64,000 bases of DNA from the NCBI GenBank assembly GCA_964276515.1, contig OZ193910.1, positions 1,364,001 through 1,428,000 on the forward strand, in the 5' to 3' direction. Under the pieces are notes generated by a model. The model made no database searches. It saw only the letters and a program-made list of their open reading frames with translations, and was not told the DNA's origin. The stretch is from Gordius albopunctatus (Eukaryota). Shown here in pieces: positions 50,483 to 64,000 of the stretch (position 1 is its first letter; every line of letters starts with the position of its first letter). The position numbers and the translations under genes were made by a program.

Positions 50483-51249
50483 ACTTCAAAAACTTATTTC
50501 TTCAAAAAATATGCGTGCTAATTCTACAATAAAATTTAATGTGAAAATTCAATTAAATATTGTTAATTTATTTTAAGTTTACTTTTTTATGATCATGATA
50601 TAGCTAAATTTATTAAAGCACATATAGCTGGCAGCCAAAGCCGGGCATGAATGGACTTATCGTTGAAAATTGCGAACCGCGCTTGGACGAGCGTTATTGT
50701 TATAAAACGGGCTCGGGACGGATCTAGCTATAGGTAAGGGCAAAAACTTTTTATTTTTGTATTTTATTATATAAGAAATGGTGTTTTTTATGATAATAAA
50801 ATTTTATTATTATTTAACTTTATAATTAAATCCATATTAAATTATCTATTCATAGAACTTGAGGGGACTCCAAGAGTTTTTAATTTTTAATAAGGGGATC
50901 GTGAAAAATTAATATGTATATTTAGTTATATAAAATTAACCTTGCATAGAGTTTCAATCATCATAAATGGTTTAATGCAGTTTCAAGTGCTACTAGTTAA
51001 AATTTAACGCCGCGTGAGTTAATAACAAAATGACGTCATCTTAATTTTTTTGACTAATCTTTATAATATAAAAAAGCGAAAATATATGCTATATCCTCAA
51101 CTTGCTCAAGCTGTCAAATACAATATTGAAAATTTGGTGGCTCAGTATAAAATTTAATTTGTCGAAAATGGAAAAAGAAACGCTGTGCTATATGTTGTCG
51201 CAGATGACCGAACCACATCGGAGAGAAATAGGCAGACAAAATACTATTC

Positions 51250-51700
51250 CTATGGAGTATGATATGGAAACTTATATCTCAACTGGATGATGGGGTTAAT
51301 TTTGGAGTTCTGCACGTGTCTGTATTTGTTCAACCTGCAATATAATGGATGACCGGCTTCTTCGTCAAATGGCAGGTCGCTATTCTTACAGGCATATGGT
51401 TTGGTGTATATGATGCAAAGGCGTAGAGCTATACTGTAGGATAGATCGAAATCTTCCAACATCATGCTTGAATAGTTACTGGGGTAAGCCTCAAGCCATT
51501 CTTGGCCAGATTTATTCCAATCCTTTTAAATTCATATTTGTGGATACGAGATTTCTGAAATGACATTAAGGTTCCAGAGGGATAGAAACTTCACGAATGT
51601 TTCATTGGAGGGATATGGGATTAATTTTGCGATAATGGATTTTGAAGAGAAGGTGGATATAAATGAGGCTATTGATAAGGAGCAGGGTGAGTGAATGATA
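51250..51700 (-). pseudogene. Decayed fragment of a CRE-like element related to 23615-27307
   Basis: EWLEAYPS..MMLEDFDLSYSIALRL..HPLYC aligns with EWLEAYPS..MLLEDFELSYSIALRL..HPLHC of the intact ORF. Confidence 0.78.
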
Positions 51701-52058
51701 AGCTCTAGCCATGTATTAGTATTGATGAAAATTTAGAAAAATATTTCTATTATCATATTCCCATAAACAAAACAAAAGTATGGAAAAGCATCCTAAAAAT
51801 TATATTTATTTAAAATTAGTGTATTTACTGAATCTTATGAAATTTTTGTCATTAGTAATTTCTCTAAGAGTGAGATGTATCTGTTGCTGTTGAGTTTTCA
51901 ATATAGATGTATTTATAAATATTTCTTTTGAATATATTAGGTTTGCATAACAGCAATTGTGGCATAATGGCATTCGCACATTAAAATAACATATGATTTA
52001 TTGAACCGTTCGTTTTCATTAGCAAAATTATATATTTAATGTGAAATTTTTAAAACAT

Positions 52059-55000
52059 ATGAATTTTGTTTTGCAACAAAAAATCCTAATTTCGCTAGTA
52101 TTTATTTTTGAATTATTCAATATTGTAAAAGCTCAAAGAGAGAATTCTTCATTGTATAAAATTCATTATACTACACCTGATGCCATTATATCCTATTATC
52201 ATTTCGAATTTGAAGACATACCACGCCCTTCGATATACACACAAAAATTAAAGGACATAAAATTTACTAGGATCAATGCATATTTTTTGACAAACTACCA
52301 CAAAAATATTGAAGGCAAAATCTATCATTTAGTAGATATATTTGGCAATGATGATATTTGTGATGAAATTCCTCATATACCCTACCTTGTTCCAAATACT
52401 ACTTGGATAGCATTAATATCTCAGAGTCAAAAATGCAGCATAAATCATCAAATTGACATAATAGCCAACAAGGCCAAAGCTTCAGCCCTTATTATTTACA
52501 AGCATTCTAATTCACTAGTCGATTGGTTTATATCAGGTAGCACATTTAAAGTTAAAATTTTATAAAGGATTTAGTAAAAAAATCATAGTTCTGTTAAATA
52601 TTTTTAACATACAAAAAATCTCTTTTTTACATTTCTAGTTTACACAGTTAAAATATCTAATTTAAAATAAATTAGAATAGTTTGTTAAAAACTTACTTTC
52701 AAACATAACATGAATGTTAAAATCAAATACCAATCTACTAATAACCAAATATTCAGCAATAGAAAACAGTTGTTTAAACTTCCAACTTTTATTTCATTAA
52801 TTATGTTGCCTAAGGTATATATTAGATTAACTCAGCAATAGCTATATTATTGTTACCTAAGAAGTGAATAGTTCATGTTTAAATATTGCCTAATATCAAG
52901 ATAATTTTAACTGTGTAGGGGTTTGAATAATAATAATTCAGAAATTTTAGTTTTTTTGAATTACAAAGTATTTTTTTGTATAATATTGCTTTTAATCATT
53001 GATTTTACAGTAGTCTATTAAACAATCAATAATTTTTTATAAGAAGGTTTTTTATAACCATTGTAATTTATTTATTTTTACTTATATTAGCATATAGCAT
53101 GAATTTTTTGGTATTGTAAAAGGTTTACTTAATGAATATAAAAATAGGTAAATTTCTGTTTTACCATTATATAAACTTGATTTTATTGAACATGTAATTT
53201 AATAAGGCACATTTAAGTATACATCATAAAAATGGTTAGATTAAAGTATGTTTTTATATCATAAATAATGGAATCATATTTTGTAAGGTGCAGAGTGATT
53301 CAAACGAAGGGCCTAATAAGCTCTAAAAATTGGTTTACCTTTAAATTAATTTTTAAAATAAAATTTAATATTTTAGCAATATATTACTAATTCTTTGTTG
53401 TTGAACTTGTAAAAGCTCATTTAAAATTTCACGTGGATTTTGGGGTTTGGGTGGGGAGGCTTGCTAAATTGGCGTATAATTTAGCTCTGGAGAAATTTCT
53501 ATAATGGATGATTGATAAATTTTTTTTTATAAATTTGCCTAAACTCAAACTCGTGTTATTATTGAGATTGGCATGCACCATTTGTCATTCTTATTGCACC
53601 AATTCCTAAATGACATAATACGCAAAAATTAACCTTGGCACAATTGGTGCAGATATTTGCTGGAAATCTTGTGTTTTACATCATCTAATCTTGATTGCTA
53701 CTTCCAAAGTTTATTGATCGCGATTTTTTCGATAACCAATCAATCAATAAAATTGTTAATTACGATGAGAAGATTAGTTGTTGGCGTGAGCTATAATTAG
53801 TTGTTTTTTGTTCATAAATATCATCCAAGAATTTGTATTGTTGTCTTGTCACCGACGAAAACGATTATCATTAAAATCTTTGATCAGCGAATCCAACTTG
53901 TTTTCCTTTGGATAATACTCGAAAATGAAATAAATATTTTGGCTTATCATGATGTTTGGTTTTGAAGCTTTAGAATTATACTAGTATGGACCATGAGCGC
54001 AGCCGGAGGGGGGGGTCAGAGATGGGCGACTGCCCCTCTAAATGTAAAAATTTGTCAAAATTTATTGAAAGAGTGGCTAAAGATTTCAAAAAATGATCAT
54101 TATGCCCCTCCCTAAATCATTATTGACCCCCCCATCCTAATTCTGGCTGCGCCTATGCTATGGGCCCTGGGTTTTAATATTTTGAAATGTATATGCAAAT
54201 TAAGCAATATAAAATTTTAAAGCACATTTTTAACGGTTTTTATAACCCCCAAAGGTGGTTGTGTAAAGTAAAGCTCATCATAAGCTCTCAGTATTTTTGG
54301 CTTAAAAAAATATTTGATTGCAAGGTTGTTTTAGGAGTCACCTCGAAATGATCCCATTCCATAAATTAGGGGATTTATAACTCGCTAGACGGGGGGATGA
54401 GCGTTAATGATTAATAGGATGCGCTCCGCCCCCGGAGTAGTTTAATGCTTCTAAAATTAACCCCCATCATAACCTTATCCTCCTCTAGCACTCTTAAGGC
54501 AAGGTTATTACGGTATTGGTGGTAGTAGTAGTAGGGTAGAGTAGTAGGTATATAAACGCGGTATAAAGAGCTTGAACGGAGATGATCAGCTGTAGACATG
54601 GGCGTATCCAGGGGGGGGGTGGCTGCCCCCCTCTAAAACCAAAATATTGTTGAAATTTGTGTGGGTAAAATTTGAAAAAATGATCATTTTACCCCTCCCA
54701 CCCCCAATTCGAATGCCGGCTGCGCCCAGGGGTATAGATATTTTGGATTTGGATTCACACCTTTTTGTGGATTTTGGAAAATTTTGAAACTAATTTTGGT
54801 TCGTGGAAATTTTTTTTAGCTAGTTCATCTTTTTCCAAGTTTGTTTTGTTTGTTGTTGCAGGCACATAATCTTTCTTCCCCGATTCAAAACGAAAATTTG
54901 TAAAAACTTTTTATCGGTCAAGTAAAATAACTAGGTGCAAAGTAGTGTTTTTGCTTTGGTTTTAGTCGACATTGGTCTATTTATTCTTCCTCGACCACAC

Positions 55001-58000
55001 GGCTGAGTCGAAATTTGAAAAAGAGACCAGATTTGATTTAGTATTAGCTAGGTGAATCTTAAAAATAAGCATTAAAATTAGCGTGCACGCATAAGCTAAA
55101 AAAATCCGTTCCTCCTTCCTCTACCTAAATTTATCTAAATTCACCACACACAAAAATCATCTCAAGGTTATTTTAAAATTGAAGGCATACGCTGCCACGC
55201 GCACAAGCTACTTACCGATTGACGGGGGGGGGGGAACTATATCGCACAAATACCTCTGTGTCATGAATTCAAATATTCCCGATTTATTCCAAGATTCCAA
55301 GTGTTGCTTGATGAATAAATCAGAGCGCACTTTCTTTGCTTTGGAGCCAGCCTGTTGGTTTGGCAGTGGGTTGATAAATATGACGGCAGCGTGATATTTG
55401 TAATCCCTCCCAGAAAGAAGTGCTAAGATGGAAACATCAATTTTGGAGCCCGCTAAATTTTGGAATAAATGTCTGCCTTGAGTCTGTCTTAGAATCACTT
55501 TGGGCATAAACAGGCCCAAGGTTTTGACCAAAGCACCCCACCTTTGATCTATTTAAGCGAGTAGGAAAAGGAGAGGAGCAGCCAAAACCCAGCCGTTTTT
55601 ACAACACTAATAAGAAATCGCTAAATATAATAGTTATTAAAATTGCCATAATACTATACATTATTTTACAGGAAATTCGATCTTTAAAATTTCGGATTGA
55701 TTTATATACTCATCCGGTCTAATGCACAAGTAATCTAATGCACAACAATTGTGATCTAAACATCATTATATAAGTATATCTATTATATGTGACGATATAA
55801 AGTATTGTAAATGCATATTAACTTACATTTAATCTAACCTATGAAGGAAAATAATAAAAAATTTGAACTTCACATATTATATGCTTAATATGAAAGAAAA
55901 TATATGTGCAGCAATAAAAAAGTTTATCTTCATATATCATATGCTTAATATATGTTTTCGCAATCTTTTAAAGCGTTTTTAACATGATTAAATATAAAAT
56001 TAATTAGTTATAAGCATTCTTTGCAAATTTTAGATTCATTGAGCGTTAGGTCAGTTGAGCAAATACGAGATTTAAAAGCTGCATTCATTCATTGGATATA
56101 TTAACTTTTGTAACTCCTCAATAATACATAAAGCCTCTCTTCGATTGCCCTCGCCTCAGAAGCTATATTTTGTGTGTCGATGATTACACAAACTTAGTTT
56201 TGTCGATTTAAATTTAAGGATTTTACACCCTTTAGCGCTAACTCGCGTCGTCGCCTAGGTTTTACATCCGGTTGCTCCTAAAGATGTTTTCGAGGTTAAA
56301 ATAAGTTTGAAGCGATGCGCAAAAGCACGCTTAGTGATAAAATTTGAAGTTGCTTCGATTAAAAGGCTCGTTAAGGCTGAACCTTTAGGTTTCAAACTCT
56401 TGGCGTAATAACATTAATGACCCGACCTGGCCGGCATCCGATTCAAGAAAAAAGAAACTACTGGTTTCTCGCAAGAGGCCAGCGGCTAAATTTGCTATTT
56501 TTCCTCCGCAATCCCCACGTTCAACGGAAATAAATGAGCATGGTCGTAGCCAGCGTTGGGATTAGAGGGCGGGGGCGGGGCAAAATGATCATTTTTCGAA
56601 ATTTAAACCATGATTTTATAAATGGCAACAAATTCCCATGGAGATGAGGGGGGGGGGTACCCAAATTAGACGGGTTTAAAGCGTCATCCTTCTCCTTAAT
56701 CAATAGGATAGATAGGATGATACCCTTGGCCCACTTGTAACCAATTGCATATTACTACAATACGAACCAACGCAGTTTTCTCCCTAACCTTTTCAAAGCA
56801 ACTCCCAAAAACTCTTTGGCCATCTTTTTGTCATCCTTGCTTGTGTATTATATGATGATGATGTACACACACTGAGCTGCTGCTATTGGATGACCTCTCT
56901 TCTGTCTTTCACCAATTTCTTTTCACCTCCTACGTTGTATATTTATTTATCTGATATCTTTTGTGGTAGCTAACTATTTACTTTGAACTATCTCTCGAGA
57001 GATCTATCTACAGTTTTAATGACGGCGGCTGAATTTTGAAATGGATTGTAATCACTTCTGTGCAAAATGTAATATGTGCAAGGGTTAGGGTTAGATTTAG
57101 TGATTTATTTATATAAAATAGTATTATATACGCTTTGATATAACTTATTTTGTTTCAATTAACAATTATAGTATCCTTTTATTACGTAGTTTTTTAGTAC
57201 ATCCTATTACATGCGTATGAATATGCGTGAAAACCGGTCTCAATTTCTAAAATACGAATATTACATTATTAGATTTTGCACATATTACATTTTGCACCAG
57301 ATTCATTGTAATTAAGTGGGCGCTGAAAGTGATTTTTAAAGATATTTGCCACCTTCAAAATGTATTTTGGCCTCGCTTGTAAGTTTAACTATCATGATGA
57401 CATTTGGTAGTTTCGAAGAATTCTAGCCTTTAAAGACTGATTCTCGTTTATTTTTTTGGACTAAAGACGAAAAAGATTTACGCTCTAGAAGTGAAGTACA
57501 TCCTTTAAGGCTATCCCCCTACCCTTGTTTATTAAGGTGTAACTCTTTTAGATCCTCTTAATAGTTTCCCCAGTCCTACTATTAGCTCTATAGTTTTTCC
57601 GCGAATAAAATCGATATTTCTCACGTGACAATTGCAATGGGGGTGAGGTCTTTAGTTGGATTAGCAAACCCCCCCCCCCCCCTATCGCCAACTATACTAA
57701 ACACAATGCCAAAAATGAATTGAATTTCCATTAGTGTGGTAGTAGTTAGTGCTACCTATCTATCGATGCATTATTAACGAGGCCCTGACATTAACCTGGA
57801 AAGGGCATATTTCCCTCCGTTTTTATAGCCATTCCGGCTCAAAACAGGTGGCTCTCCTAATAAGGCCAAAAATGTGAATTAGGTATTACTCCTTTCGTGT
57901 GATTATATCTTCCCTTTTTCGGCTACTATTCTCCCTTGTAGGAAATATTGAATTTTAAATCAAATGAATTTATACGTTACAATCAATGTTCTCCAAAGAT

Positions 58001-61000
58001 TTATTATCGGGAATTTTAAAGGGTGTTGAAATATAATTATCATAATATTTCGTCCTTAAATATCTATGAAGAATATTAAAATTTGTGTTTTTTGCATACG
58101 TTCTGCTGGACCACACATTAACCCTTTCCATTTTCAATTACCCCCGGTAGGTAATAACCCTTGATTGAGTTAGTGAGCTTTATTTTCCCTAATGGATTAC
58201 TTATCGATTTTTAATTCAATTCACTTGACCCTGACATTAGTCCCAAATGATATGTTTGTGGGAGAGGGATGAGGCGGATCCTACTCCATTAGAACATGCG
58301 TGGAAGGGGGTGGATGATTCTTATTTTTAACCCCTTGTTTGGCACCCAATATCATTTACCTTTTCCAACGAGTTTTGAAGTTAATTCAATATTTAATTGA
58401 TTGGAAGGGATTCCATGGAAATATTCTATTTAGTGATTTCAAAGAATGAATAATATGGAAATCGATGATTCCGCTATGATGACTTTAATACATTTTTGTT
58501 ATAATTCTTTAACAAATTCTTGTTGGATGATATCAAATTATATATATTGATGACGTATGCGATTTTTAAATTCGAAATAGAGAAGCAGACGATATGGGTG
58601 TCGAATTTTAACTTTTTAATTAATTTATTTTATTAATGACCTTATTACCACTAGTCGTTGATTAATTACTCTGCACAATCAGTTAATTGAGTTAATTAAT
58701 TGCTAACTTATAATTCAGGGCAAAAATTCGTTTGATTAATTCGTAACATATGGGGATTGTAAGAGAGGATAATACGTTTGTTTTTATTTTTTAAAGTTTA
58801 ACTTACACCAAAATTTATCAAAAATTTATATGGCTTATATGTTTTTCCCTAGTCCCGTCCTCACTCGGATAGATATCCATAATTTTTAATAGTATACGCC
58901 CAAAGTTACAACAGGCTTAACAAAATGGTCATTAATAGAGAGCATTGTTTGTCGCTTTGGAATAGCGGCGGTAGAGTTGTTAAATTGCTAACTTTCTTCA
59001 ATTCCAGCTACCATCTGCTCGAGTTTCTGCTCGGTCCACGGGCATTTTTATATGCTAATGTTCTACCTAATGCACCGAACAGAGAGCACATATTGTGCTA
59101 ACGCATGGCTAACGCGCATATTAAGCAACTTAGTGTGCGTGCTCGCGTCTGGAGTTTGAAGAAAGTTAGCAATTTAACAACTCTAAGCGGCGGTATACTA
59201 TTAAAATTGTCTCAAGAGGTGAAAACCTTAAATCATAGCTAATTTTTTTGTTTTTTTTGAATTTTATTTATTACGATGCAAAAATTACCTGCTACTACCC
59301 TTCACATTTTGTTTTATATGTTGAAAATTGTAACAGTATTACTAAGGAGGTCTTCAGTACCCTATAATAAGTTTTAATTTTTTGCTTTGGCAAACGATTC
59401 AAAACATAAAATTACTTCATTCTCTAAAATAAACTAAGATTATCGTTTTGTTTTAATAATAATTAATTTGTTTAAAAAATGGCGTGAATTATAGGTATTT
59501 CTATTAGTGATTATATTATATTACTTTAATAAAAATGATTATTTCTACTCGCTAAAAAGTAGCACAAGTTAGTATAAACTTTATAAAAAATTGTTGAATA
59601 AAGCTATTTAACAATACATGAAACTTGCTTTTCATGCTGGTGTTTAGGACTCGCTGGTAATTCTAAAGAGATCACCATAATTAATAAATGCATAATTTAA
59701 TTTTAATAGTAACATTATATATAACTTAGGAATCGAATAAAGCCATTGTCACATCACATATTTTTCGATCGATCGATTTCATTAATATCCTTTGAACTTT
59801 GTATGAATGTGCCATAGAATATCCCGGTCCGCCATTTTCTTCCGTCGTGGTTTCCTTACCCCCCGCCCCGCTCTCGCCTGACCCCCTCGAACACCGAGAT
59901 CACGAGGGGCAGGGGGCGGAGGCTCGTCATACCAACATGACCGTAGTATACCTACCAGCTGATCGAGCGGGCTACTTGACTCGTCACGTCGATACGTTAT
60001 CGGAACGGTACAACCTCACGCTTCGCGTCAATATATCCTCTAGCCCTTACCAGCCCCTTGAGGGAGGGGGTGAGGTGCTGCCCTCTTCGATCCCCACTCA
60101 CAGGAATAATCGCGTGAGGGTGGGGCTATCGGTTGGCGGTGCCGGAAACGTGGGGGGTGGGGGTATAGGAAGCTCGGGCGGGGCTACGTTCGTGAGTCGC
60201 ACGTCAATCATGTTTGTTTCCATCTCCTTCATCGTCCTCATGATAATCTCCCTGGCTTGGTTGGTGTTCTACTACGTGCAACGCTTTCGATACGCCCACG
60301 CCAAAGACCAACTCGCCGTAAATTTATTATTTACTCGTTTGTCTACTTTTAACTCGATTAATATTATCGTTTATTTTTTTGTTTACTTATAACATGGACC
60401 CTAGCCATGGGGTGGCACCCCTCTTAATCTATAAATTATTTAATATAATTATGGCTAAAATTTAAAGTAATTACCATTTTGCCTCTCCTTAAATCATGCT
60501 CACTTTTAATGAGTGTCCTAAAAACGGCTAGGCTTTGTTTGGTCAACCTTTGGTGTCTAACTAAGACTAACGGTCGTCACTGGCTGGGCGGTCTGTTTAT
60601 CAAATATCGACTAAGCCGGGAAGTCGTCGATTTAGGAAAAGAGACCAAAAACCGTTGGTCACCCCACCCGTTTTTACTTATATCACTACTTCATGGTTGA
60701 CCAGTTCAATAGTCTAGGATAAAATCCCCCCCCCCTTACTTACCTAAAAAGCTATCAAGCATTCGCGTATATTGTAATTTGTTGGGTAAAATTTGAATGC
60801 AACAGAAACGACTCAACTCGGCGGCAAAGAAGGCTTTGGTCAAAATACCACTCCGAACCGTTAAAGTTGACGACAAGGTAAAACTCTCGTCAACTCACAC
60901 TCGGACATTGTTAAGTCCAATTATTATAAGATGGATATTTATTGGTCATCAAACTCACTGAGTTTTTCATTAACTTTGCATCCTCCCAATGACCCTTTGA

Positions 61001-64000
61001 AATTATGTTTTATCGAATAAACAGAGTTTTCACGAGGGTTCTAATCAGCTCTCGTCTTGTAAAAAGGACTGGCTTCTTTTGTCCCACCCACCTTTGCTTT
61101 TAGTCACCTAAACAGAAATGGACCAAGTTATTAAAAAACTTTTGCATTTTTTTAAGCAGCAGCATCAGCACTGCCTGTATTTTTCGAGGATTTGCGAACA
61201 CTGATGATGTTAGTGATGGGGGGAAGCGAGGGGGAGAGAGTAGATTACACTTTTCCCGCTGCTTTACATATTTACTACTATTTCCGCGTTGCTGCGAGGC
61301 AAGGAGTTAATTACTTTGAGCTTTTGTACCGCTTTTATTTATCCAAGACTATCACTCTGCTACCTCGTGTTCGTAAAAATTTTTGTTTGGTCAATCATAT
61401 ATGTAATATGTATGTATATACGGAGAGAGAAAAGTTTGGAGTTGATTAATTGTTTGTTTTGCCTTCTAGGTGACGGCCCCTGACTCGGATGCCTGCGCCG
61501 TTTGCATAGAAAGTTTTCGGCCTAACGAAATTATACGCGAATTAAAATGCGGGTAACCATGATTTAGACGCCATTTTGAAATTGGCAAAGATTTGTTTGG
61601 GATATTCTTCATAACATGATCTTTTGAAACGCGATAATATGTCCTACCTACTATACTAGTTTTTATTCTAGTCTCTATCAGAGGTCACATTTGTTAGGAA
61701 CCCGCCCAAAATATTAAATTTGCCTGTTAGGCCCGAAATTTTGCGATCTCAAATTCTTTGAACCACAATCAAAAAAGAAGCATTAAATTATTTGCATATT
61801 TAATAAAACAAGTCCATGAAAATATTTATGTAGCAATTTTTGCAATTAAGTTTAAAGTTTACATATTTAATAAATAATATTAGAATAAACAAAATTATAC
61901 TCTCCTTTTGAGTTAACTCCTTTGCCCTGCCCATAAATTAACTTCTTAATGGATAAAATTAGTTCAATTACTCAATCTGTGCTCTGTTAAAACTTACTTT
62001 TTTGATAAAAAGACAATAATTTATCGATAGAATTTAAATGCAATTTATGGATAATTCTTTTGACTTAAAGCAAAAAAGAAAGGTATAGAAATTTTTTATC
62101 ATGAAAATATTTAGCAACTTACCGAAAGCGACGAATGATAAGGGAATAATAAAGGTTAATTGGAGAAACTTTGTGATGGCGAAATCAAGTTTCTTAACTT
62201 TTTTAGCATTTTAATATGCAATAAAATAAAAAGTAACGAAATAATAGACTATTTAAAAAATCTTATTAAGCCCGAATTGCCCGAATCATATCTTCGTGCC
62301 GCCCGGGCCCGCCCGAAAATGAAAATTTAGGACAGTTGCTCGGGCAGCGGGTCGGCCCGGGCATTCTTCTAATTTTAACAATGGAAACCTTCTAAAATTT
62401 GAAATCCTCTCTCATGGGCGTAGCCAAAAAATTTGTTGAAATTTCATAAAATTATGGCTAAATTTTCAAAAAAGGATCATTTTGCCCCTCCCGAAATCAT
62501 GTTTGCCCCCCCCCCTGTAATTCCACTGCAGCCTACACCGATGTCCGCTCTCAAGTCGGCATTTGTTGTTAAGTATAATTAAGAGAGGAGCTAATGTTAA
62601 ATATAATAAACATTGCATTTCATCGTTTTCATATATGCTTAATTACTTTTTAATTTACATCAAATTCACTAATTTTATACTATACGTATTTCATATTTTT
62701 AAGCCACACATTTCACAAAATGTGCGTAGACACCTGGTTACTATTGCAGCGCTCTTGTCCCATATGCAAGCTCGACATCCTAGAAGCGTACGGGCTTACG
62801 GTATCTTTATTTGGACAACTTTTTATTTTACCAACCTTTTTTATCGCCGATTTTAAACTTCTGGCTCATGCATAGGCGTAGCTAGGGGGTCGGAGGCAGA
62901 GAGGCCCGGCTGCCCCCCCCCTCTAAATACAAAAATCTTCTTAAATTTCAAAAAATTATCATTTCGCCCCCCTCCCCCCTAAGTCATTATTGCTCCCTCT
63001 AATTCCAATGCCGGCTACGCCCATGGGTTCAGGCATCGGTTCCTTAAGTTAAAAGACAACAACAGATTTAGTCTCTCTATAAAAAATGAGATTGGCAATG
63101 AAATATATCTTGCCGGCTAAACTATTTTCTGGTAAAATTTAATTACGAAAAGTGTATCGCCTTGAAAAAGGGGCCAAACCAAGCTATGGCACTAAAGGCC
63201 TTTAAGGAGGGTCGGGGGGGGGCCAAGTTTAGTTTTCGTAATTAACCTCCTCTCTGCACTGCACCGCGATTAATCCAAGGTTAATTTTGGGATGAAGTGT
63301 TCCCTCTACCTTTCACATTTGTCATTTTGGCTTTCTCCAATTATAGTTAGAAGACTTTGAATATATATATATATACAATAGATAGGAGGAGGGGTTATCA
63401 TGAATCGTTTATTTTTGTCATAATTATTGCACTGGAGAGATGTGAATTTTCATGGGTGTAGCGAGCATTTGAATTAAGGGGCGGGGCGAAGTGATAATTT
63501 TTATGAAATTTAAAAAAAATTGGATTTAGAGGGAGGCAACCGCCCCTCCCTGCCTCCCCGGCTACGCCTACGTGAATTTGCAATAAATAAGTTCTCATTT
63601 GTTTAGTTAAGCGCCAAATCTCTTTCATCCGCATCCTACCGTGCATATTTTGATGTGCAGGGAATCATCATTTAAGCTCTAAGTGTTTATATATTATGTC
63701 AAGTTTTGTGGAAACCAAATAAATAATCCAAAATACATTATAAACAGAATTTATGACGAGATGCGTAAATTTATATACAAGACTATATTTTCTTTTAAAT
63801 CGCGCAGATCGATAAATCGAGGCGGGCATTCAAAACCTGCGCTTCCGCCTTGAGGTCACATGATCATCATCATCACGTGACGACTATAGGATCTAATAAT
63901 CCCCCGGGCTCCAATGTGACCGCCCTCATATTTGGGGGTGGTCGTCTTAACCCCTCAGCGCTCTCCAGGCTTGGAAGACGTCCTCTCTCTCTCACAACTC
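52059..64000 (+). CDS. Goliath/RNF130/RNF150-like PA-TM-RING-H2 E3 ubiquitin ligase (3' end beyond the window)
   Basis: Phase-consistent exons: 52059-52536 (signal peptide, PA motif WIALI..C..A.ALIIY), 59818-60317 ([35 protein letters not shown]), 60806-60877 ([15 protein letters not shown]), 61470-61552 ([13 protein letters not shown]), 62704-62800 ([26 protein letters not shown]) and 63808-64000 (open frame). Confidence 0.9.
53992..54157. mobile_element. CATGGGCGTAGCC-family MITE
   Basis: Degenerate TIRs and degenerate 8-bp TSD (GTATGGAC / CTATGGGC); a sibling copy lies at 54597-54730. Confidence 0.72.
57060..57297. repeat. Small element with 21-bp inverted repeats
   Basis: GTGCAAAATGTAATATGTGCA / TGCACATATTACATTTTGCAC, with a short GGGTTAGGGTTAG tract inside. 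Confidence 0.65.
58972..59185. mobile_element. hAT-type MITE
   Basis: Perfect 28-bp TIR TAGAGTTGTTAAATTGCTAACTTTCTTC and 8-bp TSD AGCGGCGG; appears nested in a smaller TTTTAATAGTATAC-terminated element. Confidence 0.88.
62413..63572. mobile_element. Three CATGGGCGTAGCC-family MITEs in goliath introns (62413-62543, 62871-63025, 63451-63572)
   Basis: TIRs with 6-7/8 matching TSDs (TCCTCTCT/TCCGCTCT, GGCTCATG/GGTTCAGG, TGAATTTT/TGAATTTG). Confidence 0.78.

Noticed and set aside
55179..55531. Overlapping short ORFs in the goliath intron
   Set aside because: Non-ATG starts, no recognisable motifs and no splice-phase fit.
57081..57095. Telomeric TTAGGG tract
   Set aside because: Only about two units, inside a small inverted-repeat element; not a telomere.

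Overview
AT-rich eukaryotic (animal-like, probably invertebrate) genomic DNA; the species cannot be determined from the sequence. Host genes: a tandem cluster of intronless class-A-like 7TM receptors (two intact 410-aa copies, one duplicated 3' fragment, one pseudogene), a 9-exon RNA polymerase III subunit RPC4/POLR3D gene (minus strand), and a goliath/RNF130-like PA-TM-RING E3 ligase gene running off the right edge. Most of the rest is layered transposable elements: a complete but decayed Helitron, a gag-only mini Gypsy element plus a solo LTR, an intact CRE-clade non-LTR retrotransposon, several RTE LINEs, DINE-1/HINE-like repeats, and many 8-bp-TSD (hAT-type) MITEs and foldback elements. 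The most striking observations are: (i) the intact CRE element sits between two apparently identical 796-bp direct repeats, like a giant target-site duplication that copied the end of a receptor gene; (ii) the mini-LTR element carries tandem 36-bp units made of exactly 18 nt of tRNA-Ser 3' end plus an LTR terminus that mimics the 5' end of the same tRNA; (iii) a twister ribozyme begins at its cleavage site at the 5' end of one RTE family, while another RTE carries a different structured leader; (iv) the receptor paralogues differ by clustered, purely non-synonymous changes. All calls are by eye; family assignments rest on recalled motifs, not database searches.
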